Source: Catajapyx aquilonaris
Lineage: Eukaryota
Direction of reading: 5' to 3'
DNA length: 64,000 nucleotides
NCBI GenBank assembly: GCA_000934665.2
Contig: KZ537996.1
Coordinates: 1-64,000 of the forward strand
Shown here piece after piece: positions 39,501-51,300 of this stretch (position 1 is its first letter; each line of letters opens with the position of its first letter). Under the pieces are notes generated by a model. It searched no databases and was not told where the DNA came from. It saw nothing but the letters and a program-made list of their open reading frames with translations. Made by a program: the position numbers and the translations under genes.

Positions 39501-42500
39501 AACTTACATAATTATTATGAAGCTTTGATTTGCAGAATGATCAGAGCCCCATTTTCGTCGAAAACGGAGTTATGCATTGCCACATTGTGTTATTAGTCCT
39601 TGATGTGCACACTCTGATGAAGTCAGTTTTCTGATAAAGCAATAATTATTACAGCATCCTGAGAAATGTCTGAAAAAAGATCGCAATCTGTAATTAACAC
39701 ATCCTCATATTTCGAAATCACTTGATTGTGCCTCTGATTGTTCTGCATTTCAGCTCTTCATCTACGCAGTGACGACAATACTATAAGTATTATATGGTAT
39801 AATCTTCGAATGCATAAGAATTAATTCAACTTGTGTAAAATTATCTGTGGCATTCTCATTTATTATTTATTTTATATCCCGTACCAAAGCCTATACTGAA
39901 AGTATACTATAAACACTATACACGTAATCTGCATCGAGTGCAATAGCCTATGACATTTTACAGTGAAGGAGGGCGTGGTGATGCTGGGGGAGATGTGGGA
40001 TGGCTCTGCTGATCAAATGAAGCTCACGTGTCGGAGTAAACAACCAGAGTGATAATTGCCAAGTATGAAATTTCACACTTTCTCATCGTGATGTACGTGC
40101 GCAGCGTTAAGCTATCCGGAACCACTATCGGCGCAGCCGCATCTATAGCCCTTTTGCTCCCAGCGAAACAAAATTCACAAAGCATCCAGAAGCGCCCTAT
40201 CGCTGTCAGATATACACTGTCACGAAGAGTATTAAAGTGAGCTCCCGAGTCCATCTACCCAGGCACTTACAGCCATACCAGTGAGTGGTAAACGCTTCTT
40301 GCACAAAGAAAATGAGAAATTTTTATCACCTTTTATACTATGGGGGTCGATATTTATAACTCCTCCAGTCCTTAGAAAAACCTAGAAAGATTTGGGATCT
40401 TTCCCATCATATTTGACAGAAACCAATCCATAAATGTTGGAGTGTCACATTTCAGAGGGGCCCCCACACTCCCCTTCAATTCTGGAGAGAAAGTAGGGGC
40501 TATAGAAAATGTGTGAAAGAAACCTTCCCCCCCAAAAAAAGTTCCCAAAAACCTGCGCCACTCAATAAGAGCCTACTAGCCAGTGCATTTATTGCCTGCT
40601 TGAGGACCGTCCTTTTTCACTCAGGCTTGGCCACGGGCGTTATTAGCCCCGCTGATCAATACAGTAGAAGGGGGTTGCAAGTTCTGATATTGCCCACATT
40701 GATCCAAAATGTTGGAGAGGGGAAACTTGCTATATCTCCAAATTGATGCGTCTTGGTGAAGAGGAGCAAAGAAGATTAAAATCGTGGAAGAAAAAAAAGG
40801 CACTCCCAACAGAGGGGTTGGGTAAAAGACAATCAAAAGAGAGACGGACAAGGGCCATTGGGAGTGGGGGAGAAAGATCATCAATTGTGTGTCCAGTTGC
40901 AGGACATTTCCCGAAAGGCGATGGTGCATGAAATACTCTGACTTCTATTGTCTGAAAGTTAAAACTCCATTTTGTCGAGCTGAATTATCAAACCGATACA
41001 ATCGCGGCTAAAAGGGGACCCTAACGGAAGGAAATTGCCGAAATAAAATCATTTGACCTTGCTACTCCCTGTCTAAAAACAGCATTCCCTAGGTCCCCTT
41101 AACTTCTTTTTTTTTGTTGTTGTTGAAAGAGTCCCTCTTCCTGCTGGGGTTCTTCCGACCGGTCATGAAGCTACATTTTGGAGGTCGCAAGGAGGGCGGG
41201 CGAAGAAGCAGAAGAGGTGGTGGAAGTGGTTGGGCTTTCCAATCACGTTGCCGGACCCTCGGTCTTCTCCCAGGGTGCTGGCAAGGGCCATCCGTCTCTT
41301 CCTTTTTTCCACAACCCAAAGCCCCGGCAGCCACTTGTTCAAGTTGCATGGGGTTGTTCGCGACAGGGAACAAACAGATCTTGTTCGGGCCTCTGAGGCT
41401 TGTTCGCATATTTTTTATATATATATGGAGGGAGTACGTGAGTATTATAATCAGGTAACGTCAAAGAAATAATATTTGCAAGTTGGCAAGCACCTGACGT
41501 AGTGTGAAAACAGGTTGAATTGTGGAACAAAAAAATGGTAGTTGTACAGCAATCAAATGCAGCCTATATAGCCTAACAGACCCCATATGATGACCCCACA
41601 AAAAATATGTTAACCTAAGTAACAAGCCTGTGACAGACATATTCCAGCATCCGGATGATATACATCGCAGAGATCTATAACATTAGCGTAACTAGCAAAA
41701 AATTCTGCATATCCAACATATACCTTCTTCTAACGCTCTAAAAATTAACTCGAAATCTTGTCACCTTATCACGAGAGGGGAAAAAAACTGCACTGATATA
41801 AAGTCTAGTTCCAAACGTGACCCGTGAATTCCAACCGTCTTTCTTGCATTTGCGCCTGAAATAAATCATCCTATCACGTAGAATTCCCAGGGTAATTAAA
41901 TGGAATAGCCCAGTTAGTTAGGTGCCAAGTTTGAAAAATTGTAGACGTGTATGTTTTAAGAGGATCTATGGCTAAGTGGCAAGTCAAGAGGGCGGACGGA
42001 AAAGAACTACAGATTCCACCAAAGAAATGCAAGCAGAGAGAAAAGACGAGCACGAATATTAGTCACCCGACTGTCAGGCAATTACTTTGGCCCGGTCCAA
42101 GGTTCCGCTTGTGCAGACTATGATGGAAGAACAATTTCAACTGAATCCTGTAGAGGAATTTTAGGTTGTAACCCCGGATGTTGGTTGTAAACATCTAAAA
42201 TCACTCTGGCTTGTACCAAAAAGGTGATGGGGACGTGGGGGCTTTTGTTTGGATGTGAGACAGAAACATCTGCTGCCATGTGCAGAGTTACACAAAAGAC
42301 GACAGAAAAACAAATCCACTCTTTAACATTTTTGACTTGATACTCCTCCGCCTCAGGGGGGGGAAGGTGCCCTGCGGCTAAAGTAGTTCCACATTTTTGT
42401 CACACAGTTAGACTGATCGGAGTGAGAAAGCATCAACTCTAGAGTCCCCATCATCATCCTCCGACACATGATAGAATCTTTTCGGAATCCCTGTAGGCTC

Positions 42501-45500
42501 CACCAAACATCTCTGCGGTTCTGCACAGCCTCAAGCCGAAGCGAGCTGGCACCGATAAGAGGTTCCAAAACCTGTATCCCCCAAAAGTGGATTGAACATA
42601 TCAGTTTCACAAAGCCAGTAGTAGCGCTGAAGAAGAACCAAGCCTGACAGACTCGGCCGTGTGATAGGCCTGGGCATAGGCGTCTATAACGGAAGGTGAG
42701 GTCGATTCACTCGGGGCAATAAGGTCAGGCAGATAAGTCAGTCCCTGCTTGCTACTTGGTACTCTCCCCCCCCCNCCCCCCTTACACCCCACTCTCCCTT
42801 TGGCTCTATTAGAAAAGGATGGACCGTGGCTTTGGGCGCCAACAACAAGCCCGGGAGTTTTCTGGAGGGAAATAGAGGGCTGTTTCTTTGGACCCCCATC
42901 TTTGAAGAATGGGGCATTATATGAAACACGTTCTGGAAAGAGCATGAAAAGTTGCCCCCCGTTGAGTCGAAAACTCCTTGCTGTATCTCGGACATCCTGC
43001 TATATTTCAGCGGCTTGGCTTCAGGGACACTTAAAAGAAACTGCCAGAATAGACTCGGGGAAATTATGGCCTCCAAAGATCCGCACAGAAGGCAAGAGCA
43101 TTAAGGTCCTATGATAGTCTCCGAAGTGAAATGTAGCTGCATATGAATAGTGCTTAAACAAGAGGGAGTTTGATGGCATAAATAGCGTGCATTAGGCCAG
43201 GGCCACGAGGTAAGAATACTGATGCCAGCATATTTTAGTGGATTATGCATTGTAAACCCTCCCTACCCTACTCAATCTCTTCTTCTTTCAACCCTCCCCT
43301 TCCGGGAACACTTTTTTTTTCTTGCATTGTGTACCCATACCCCTAGACCGGTCACTATGAGCTCTGGCCCATTACTGCCGCATGCCCACATTTCGGCCAC
43401 AAGTGATTTAAACGAGACGAGTTTGCGGTTTTGCACCTTGGTGGGCTCGGGGGGGTGGTGTCCCTCTCTAATGTGGAGGACAAATTGCCCTCTTCGTCTT
43501 CATTCTCACTTCATCCATAAGGCACGCCTCTGCCCTCGAATAAAGGAACAGAAAGAAAAAAAAGAAAAGGGGGTTGGCCACCAAGCCCAACCAATCACAC
43601 TTTTTCTTCACAGCTTCCAACCACCTTTTCCTCACCCTGCCGACATAAATAATTAGCATTGCCAAATTCTGGCCCGGACTTTTGTCAACCTGACGCCTGA
43701 GCCACCCCATGTGTGGACATTTCACCCATAACTCATATGAGCCCCCCCTTAGTAAACGTTTACTAGTACCTCTTAGATTATTTAAGCTCTAAAAAAATAG
43801 GAGGCAGGGATTTTTCTTCTCCTACCTCCCCCCCCCCCCCCGTTCTTGGCATGGATAGATTCGAGATGAAGGAGCCAATTTGGATTAGAATCACACGAGG
43901 GGAGTTCATTTTAACACATCCAGGTCGTGGAGATTGGCTTGCTTTGGCTGGTGCCGAAGAGAAACGGCAGCTGTGAAGCTGGGAATACTCCCCGCAGGCT
44001 TTGCAGTATACTTGGGATGCGTAACATGGGAGCCACCGCCAAGCCGAGGTATATTGGCCCAAGCTCTTCTCTCTCTTCTCCTACAGCTTCCCCCCTTTTT
44101 TTGGAGGGGGGGGGGAGAAGAGGAGGGCTAATCATATTTCTTCCTGACGCTCCGCACTTCAAACCGGCCTGCAATGTTGCACATATAACCTAATCGGTGC
44201 AATCCGAGAAAAGATCTTTCCCCTGCTTCACTTCACCCCGAGAGTTATTATGGGCTTCATGGTCATTTATTATTGAAACTTGCCAACCTTCCAAGGATGC
44301 GAAACTTTTCTATTACAAGCCCTGGGAAAGGACTATAAGAAGGTGTGTTCCATTACGTGCTGAAGAACGGGCCAAACTATAGGCGACTAAAAGTGACTGA
44401 ACAAGAAAAGTTTTAGCGAGGAGAAGAAGAAGAAAAAAAAATAGAGTGGGTACCATGTAGTCGAATCGGATAGATTGGGGGGTATCCAGGACACCAGAGG
44501 TGAAAATTTCTGCGGAAATTCAGCCAACGGGATCGGTTACCGGCATTAGCTTTCCAAAGCCCAGCCAATGGGAATCTATCACTGGAAAATTTATATCCTC
44601 CAGCTGTCCCCTAGAGCTTAAATTACGACCTACGCATTTTTAACGAGTACGCATACATGAAATAAATCGTCCAGGCAACCAACTACTATCGGAATGGTGG
44701 AACTATCCAGAGGGGGGGGGGGGGNGGGGGGGGTAGGGGGTGGTGGGTAGAGCTTCTCTTTTCTGCTGCGGCTGCCTTTGCAGAGGAAAACATAGTCGCC
44801 GACACTGAGCTTTATGTGGCACAAAGTTCGATCCGTTTGCGCCGTTGCGCCTCAAGAGGAACTGATGCTGGCCCGATACAGCTTTCTCGCTTTGCCACCG
44901 ATTACTTCATGATTTGCAGCCCAGATTCCCACGGCTATCACCATGTTTTATGGCGCTTGTTGCACCACGAGATTGCTTTGCGTGTGACAATGTTTTATTA
45001 TTGCACTTTTGCAGGCTATATGGCAGTGCAGTGATATCGTGCTTGCTGTGCGGCTCCGACACCCCTTATTTATACCAGCGACTGGATCACTCTATATATA
45101 TTCCAAGCCCACCTAATCTATGCTCCAGTGTGTAAATATGACAGGGCAAACCCAGGGTAACTGCTACCTTTTTATTCCAACATGGGGCGGGTGAGTGAAT
45201 AATGCATGCTGGACCCACATTTTTTCCAAGCCTCCAAGACAAAGTGATTCGTCTAAGTCGAGACTCAATATATCCATGTTCGGCATGGGAATCTACACTG
45301 CATTCCACATGTACAACATTAGGTTTAACTCCGGCCTACAAGTGTGTACGTGTGGTATGCCTCTGTGTGATCGAATTTACAATCGGTCATATCTATTATG
45401 TCCCAAGGTGGAAGAATGGGAGGAGACTCTCCAAAAAAAAAAGAGGAAGAGACAGAGGGAGAAACGGTAGAAGAAAAAGGACGGTTTATCTCCAAACCAG

Positions 45501-46189
45501 TTTAGTGGTGGGTAAAGAATTGGGATGCCAGGCGCAAAATGGCATCCTCAATGCTTGGCTGAGAAGAAGGAAAAAAGAGAGAGAGGATAGGGTGGGGGAA
45601 GGCGAAGGAGGAGGGAGAGGGAGGGAAAGATCCATCCATCACTGGCTGGAAGCACCAGCGCCACTGTCTTATCTCACCGACACAGGAGCACGACTGCCAA
45701 CCATGCCGACTCTTCTCTACTCAAACACGCTCCCATTCAGCAGAAAAACCCACCCCCGGTACCCCTCTAGGCCAAACACATCACGCCATTTCCCACACAC
45801 CGCTCTTCATTTATTAACTCACCCTCCCATCAGCAGTCAACCCTAGGAAAAATAGCGGCCCTCACCGGTATAGGGTCTGTTATCCCGATATACCACCGCT
45901 CATCCCAATCCCCAAATGGCTTCTAGGACGCACAATCGACCCCACATCATCACACTCTAAACATGCATAATAAATCAGATCCAGTTTTAAATATGTAATC
46001 ATATACAGTAGGTAGCAAAAGTCTGATCGTTCTGCATTTCAGAGCAATGTTCTTTGAATAACCGAACCTAGGGCTGCGTGCAGGCCAACGACTTTGGATG
46101 AAAAATCACAAGTCGGGTCCATTTTGGACTTTTAACAGCGCTCTAGCAGACACCGCTTAATTGACGCCAGACCGACATGTAACCACTTG

Positions 46190-46560
46190 TGGGGTTACCT
46201 CGTAAAAGCCTCCAGCTCTCTCTTTTTTTTTACGAGGGTTTAAGAGGCGCGGTCGGAAACATAATCATTTCGAGCTTAACTGTCGGTTGATTGATAAAAA
46301 CTTCCGCCAGACGTCGCAATTTACGACCTATAAACAAATTTGCTTTCATCAGATATTCGCCGACTGGCAAAACACCGGGACAATTGAAGGCCAATAAACA
46401 CATTTTATGGCGTGTTAATGAGTTTGGCGGGGTAATTGTGTTTTAAGGAGGGGATAAAATGACTCGCGGTCATATTTTGGTCGCGTGCGGGTGACGTCAC
46501 GCTATACCCATTTTACGAACAAAACTACTGTTCACATAATTGCTCAATTGAGCGGGTATG
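46190..46560. promoter_or_regulatory. Candidate enhancer with dense posterior-Hox/Cdx and Pbx/Exd motifs
   Basis: CTCGTAAAA (46199), TTTTACGAG (46228), TGATTGAT (46288), TTTACGAC (46320), CCAATAAA (46391), TTTTATGG (46403), TTTTACGA (46511) and several TAATT cores within a CpG-rich block. Confidence 0.35.
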
Positions 46561-47511
46561 ATTGCAACCGATTTGAGTAATGGTTCGTCACTGGCTTGGT
46601 CTATGGGCATTCTCTTTAATATTATTTTCCGGGAGCAAAACCTGGATTATAGCATTCCGGAAGCTGGAATTTTAATAGTGGTCGGAGTCGGAGGCGTCGA
46701 CGATCCCAAAAATGATAATTTCACGCTTCTCTGATCGGACCTTTTGCCTCCTAAACCCTCCACTTAGTATTCATGTTCTGGCTCCGGGGTCCATCTCCGG
46801 GTTTGAAATGACCACTTGGAAGTGGAGGACCGCTCTTTTGCATAAGACCACTAACCTTCCTTAACCGGACATGCAATTTTCGCAGGTGTTTTAATCGCCA
46901 ACATCCCGCCATGTTGTATGTAACTGAATCAAAATGCTGGTTGATTTCGTTGGCAAAATGAAAACTAATGCTCTCCCTTCTGTTATTCTGACAGGAAAGC
47001 TGCCGCTAGGACGTGACGAGAAAGATGAAAATTTTTGGTGCTGCAAAAACCTGCCATCCCTAGCCTATCCCATTAACTCTTCCTTATACCGGTAACCAGC
47101 GCGTGATTATCTTCCCAGATGCCAGCCAGGTACAACTACATCAAGAAAACTTTTTTGAGAAACAGGTGAGAGGGATCTTTATGGGCTTCATATATTAACA
47201 CTCCACTCTTCATCTTTCCAGGGCCAGCATGAGCTGGTAAAGAGATATGTAAAATGTCATGGCACGTCTGTTTAGTTCATATTGGGTGCATTGTGTGTTA
47301 AAAAATTAATTAGGGCGTATTTTGCCTCAGGAAAATATTATACATAATATATTGTATACACGCAAAAACGTGTAATTGCTCTTGCCACATGTTCGCTCAT
47401 AATTCATTTTTTGCTTGTTCTTTACCACGTTTCAGCTCCAAGCCAAACATTTTCAACAAAAATCAGCCATATTTGTAAAAACACATGGTGTTCCAAATTC
47501 GTGGGTCGTTT

Positions 47512-48014
47512 TTAGACTTTTTCGAGAGAAAAAAGTCTTATAGAACGGCTCTGTCTGTTTGTCTGTGGACAGGTATCAGACAGACAGACAGAGCCGTGCT
47601 ATAAGCCTTTTTTCGAATTCGGGTTCCGGGTTCACTTTATCCGCCCCTTCCCCCTGGCTGCTCCCTACGCCCTACCCCGCCCCTTTCCCCCTGACATCCC
47701 AGTCCCCCAACCGCCCCTCCCCCAGATCACCCTTTCCCCCCTCCCTTCTCATACCTCCTGATACCAGTCCACAGACGGACGGACGGACAGAGCCGTGCTA
47801 TAAGACTTTTTCGATGGATGAGAAAAGGTATAAAAGATAGGTTTGCTAGGATATGTTTTTTAAAGGGGAAAGGGGCGGTCTGGGGGTAGAAGGAGGTGGG
47901 GGTAGGAGGCGGGATGGCGAAAGGGGCAAGTTCCGTGACGGACGTTGGGGACAATAGCAGTAAACATGAAAAAGTCAACTCGAATTACGCTCACGTGATT
48001 TTCCAATCTTGTTT
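47512..48014 (+). mobile_element. Non-autonomous Helentron-associated element (HINE, DINE-1-like) containing an inverted related copy at about 47581-47835
   Basis: 5' subterminal repeat AGACTTTTTC (47514) folds onto GAAAAAAGTCT (47528). A (CTGT)n-like microsatellite follows at 47549-47566. The 3' end has subTIR GAAAAAGTC (47968), stem-loop AATTACG-CTCA-CGTGATT (47983-48000) and terminal TCTTGTTT. It is inserted in a T-run with no TSD. This is the architecture described for DINE-1/HINE elements. Confidence 0.75.
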
Positions 48015-48026
48015 ATAACTGATATC

Positions 48027-48360
48027 GGGGATGTGTGGTGACCGAGCTTGTAACAGGCTTGCTGATCGAAAGGCCCCGGGTTCGATCCCCGCCCGGGATT
48101 TCCCTTTCGGCTGCGTCAGGAGGGTCTCTGACCTGCACCAAGGAGGTGTCTGGCAACCTAACCTCCTGGGGGACTGCACATGGCCCAATTTCAGACACTG
48201 CACTTGCAACCGTGTCCCCTCCCCAAAAATCCCTATCCTTACCCAATTTCCCTGATTTCCCTGCACCGGAGTATGAAGAAAAATCAAGAAAATGGCAAAT
48301 ATGGTGGTGTTCCACCTCCCTAATAGAGCGTTGAATGGGGCAAAATAAAAATAATATAAA
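48027..48360 (+). mobile_element. tRNA-derived SINE (second family) with 12-13-bp target-site duplication
   Basis: Starts GGGGATGTG, has B box GGTTCGATCCC (48079-48089) and an A-rich tail (48342-48360). The direct repeat ATAACTGATATC(G) lies at 48015-48026 and 48361-48372. Its 3' end is homologous to the SINE at 14795-15050. Confidence 0.88.
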
Positions 48361-51300
48361 ATAACTGATATCGCCCGATATTAGTTATTTTCGTGCAGCT
48401 TGTTGTGCCCGGATCCAGGTTTGCCATTACTCCCAGGGGGTCGAATATAGCAGTTGCTGCAGTGGATCGGGGGCACAACAATAGCTACAAAAAGAACTAC
48501 TATCGGGTGATATAAGTTATAAAAAACCGACCCACGAATTTGGAACACCCTGTATTTTTAAAAAATAATGCTGAATAATTTCATTCAAAAATGCACCACT
48601 TCTGATATGCCTGTAGTGTACAGCGCCTGGAAATAGACCACCGCTCACCCAAGTAAGTCTCATAGGTTACCTATCCGTCAGGATAAACTCTCCATACCAA
48701 GTTCTGCTAGAATAATATCCTTGTCCCTTCCAGTTTCAAATGCTGAATTTTGCCACACAGTTTGGCGACTTGCTCCGAAAATTGCGCTGGAGCGAAATGG
48801 AGGGGAAAACAAGAGTTTCGGATGTGGATTGGAGATAGGCAAGAAAGGCGAGGCAAGGCAGGCAGGCAGGCAGGAGGAAGATAAAGCGTAAGGTGGAAGA
48901 TGGAACCTCCGGGGAACGAGCTGTCCCGGAGATTTGTGGACGAGGGCAGGTGAGAGACTTAATGGCAATCACACTGACGTTGCCGCCAGAAAGATGGCCG
49001 TGCATTCTGATGAAGTGGCTCTCGCTAAACCGTGCGAAGGTAAAGTCTAAGTGTCCCGGAGCTTTCTTCTCCTCCTCCCTCCAATCCACTCTCGAGCTCA
49101 ACACGGACTCTTCATCAATCTTGCCTAATTAATGTGGAAAAGACCTACACGGCATCCTTATGCCACCCTCTTATTCCAAACCTTACTTCTTACACGCCAC
49201 TTGCATCTCTTGGTATGTGTAAAACAACCATGTGACTCTGTTTACGCCCCCGGATTGCTTTGTTCTTTTCCGAGTGTTAGTGGAGCCATTACGTAATTTG
49301 TGCCACTAATCTCGGACTTGGTAGACACCTCCCAGCATTTTAACGACTGGAATGATACATGCGTACAAAAAGGGTTACGGAAAAAAATGGTGGTTTTATA
49401 GTTGGGATAAAACAGACCCCGACTCTGAATGGAGATAATAAAATTTTTAGGATTGATGAACTTATAATTCGTGGTTTTAACAGGCTTATTGTACCTTTTT
49501 CTGACGTTTAAAAGTGTGACGTGTCACGAACACCTCTTTGTCATTTCCTGGCCACGGATTATACTTTCACACCTTAGTTCCGCTCCTTGATGGTACCCGA
49601 ATTTTTTAAAGAAAAAAACCTTGTATAGCCTACATGAATTAGAAAAATTCTAATGCAATTACAATCCTCGCAAAAAAAAAATTACGCCCTCCAAAAACGC
49701 TAGTGACTGCTGGAAAACTCTATTTTCTTCCAAAACTTAAATTCTTCTTCGTCATCTTTCAGGACAGAAACCTGCAACCTCCCCGGCACTAATTTTCCCT
49801 CATGGTTTTCATCGCTGAACTTTTGAAGCATTTTTAAAACTTTCCATTCGCCAAAGTAATAAAGGGCTTCGCCTGAGATCCAGCTGCTGCTCCAGTATCT
49901 CGCCGGATATGCAAATTTCGCATTTCGTGGTATAGGGATCCGGCAAGAGAGCCGATCCTGAAATTAAAATTCTTGCTCTTTTCCCTTTTTTCCCCTCCTC
50001 CAAAGTTTATTTTTTTTTACAGGACAGACTAATAGCAGTTGTTAATTCGCATCAATTACAGCGAGACATAATTATGCCACAAGCTAGAAACAGATATCGT
50101 ATAAAGCGAAAAGTGAAACGTGTTTGCAAACTTTGCGACTCTCTGGGTTTTCTCCCTATATATACTTTGGTGATATATACACTCTGCACTGCCTTCCAAT
50201 TGCAGCCTGTTAATTAAGATAATTACGGTTAGTCTGCCCATGCATCTTCAGTCTTCATCACATCCCCCTACACTTAAATATTCCAAATTGCGTGGGGTTG
50301 GTGGAAAAAGCAGACTTTGCTTGGCTGGCATTGTCCGGAGCCCGCAAAGCCCCATGCAAATGATGTGAAGCAAGAATATTCATCACCTGGCCTTAGAGTA
50401 AGCCGGTCATAGTTTGCAACAAAGCGCCAACTTTTGAAATATTAATCCTAATCTCGCCTTATATATGACTCTTATGTCCACAGCTCGAGCACTTTTTGGT
50501 CCTTATATGCAAGCTTTACTGCCAACAAAAGGTAGAGAAAAAAAAGAAAGGGAACTTTTGGTGGAAAAGAATCGATTTGGGAGACTGGGTAATGCTCGTG
50601 TTAGACCCATCTCTATTCCTCACGTGATCCCCAAATTTCCTCCTGTAATTAGTCTTCTTTGCAAACCCTATAATTAACCTTTTTATTTAAAGGCTCCCTT
50701 AACAAGGTCACTGCGAATTCGACCACGAAAACGTTGCCTTCCCTACTCGGCTGGGCTAGCAGGCACGCAATGCCAAAATCCATTTCCGAAGCCTTGCTTC
50801 CACCCGAGTAATTTGTGTCCAGTAAGCGAAACCAACCGAGTACTCTGGAATATCACAAAATCACCCTCTATCCTCATGCCCCAGAGGCTCACAACGGGTG
50901 AGATCGTTTCCGCTAAAAAAGAACATCTTTTACAACTAATGTCAGTATTACAGGGTGGGCCGCAAGATAAGAAATGCAATAATTAAATTACCTTTCTTTT
51001 TTGTAAATAATATGTTTGTAAATTACGACCTCCCGTTTTGTGCAAGGAATGAATCCAAACGTAAGCTTGTTTTAGATGTCATTTTGATAATAGTAATCAG
51101 GTACACATGCTTATAGGATGGGCGTCTAAATGAGACGAAATAATTGTTCTTTCTGAAAGCATGAACACAAAAAAGCAGATTGCTTGCTTGTTAACAATGC
51201 CAAGAAACACTGTGCTTGTATGTACACGGGCCAAAACTTCGAAAACAAAATCGTTAAATTATATAACAAACATCAACTTGGAGCCAGCTTACATTCTACG

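Larger units (their letters stand above)
47484..48552. mobile_element. Fold-back MITE with Tc1/mariner-like ends, about 220 bp when reconstructed, interrupted by later insertions
   Basis: Left end CATGGTGTTCCAAATTCGTGGGTCG (47484) matches the reverse complement of the right end, CAGGGTGTTCCAAATTCGTGGGTCG (ending 48552, followed by TA). Removing 47514-48360 lets the left arm continue ATAACTGATATCGCCCGATATTAGTTATTTT...TTGTTGTGCCCGGATCCA, matching the right-arm reverse complement ATAACTTATATCACCCGATAGTAGTTCTTTT...TTGTTGTGCCCCCGATCCA. The arms are about 90 bp with a 45-bp spacer. Confidence 0.85.

Noticed and set aside
39890..39908. TATACTGAAAGTATAC resembles part of miR-iab-8/iab-4
   Set aside because: The seed region does not match and there is no precursor hairpin. 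I also saw no miR-10 or miR-993 by eye.
42558..42575. GGTTCCAAAACC resembling the homeobox WFQN codons; also IPGWM at about 14006 resembling YPWM
   Set aside because: It reads RFQNL with no helix 1-3 context, and neither site lies in a credible exon.
4026..44725. Single N bases at 4026, 42775 and 44725 inside long C or G runs
   Set aside because: Homopolymer sequencing or assembly ambiguity. Run lengths, and any G-quadruplex claims based on them, are unreliable.
45202..45846. Longest ORF in the track (214 aa), and likewise 26901-27485, 31965-32444 and 55132-55602
   Set aside because: No recognisable domain, low-complexity purine or pyrimidine tracts, and lengths compatible with chance.
49007..49050. 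Hammerhead-ribozyme-like CTGATGA-stem-AAAC, with a similar case at about 39614
   Set aside because: The conserved G of GAAA is missing and stem I or stem III cannot form properly.
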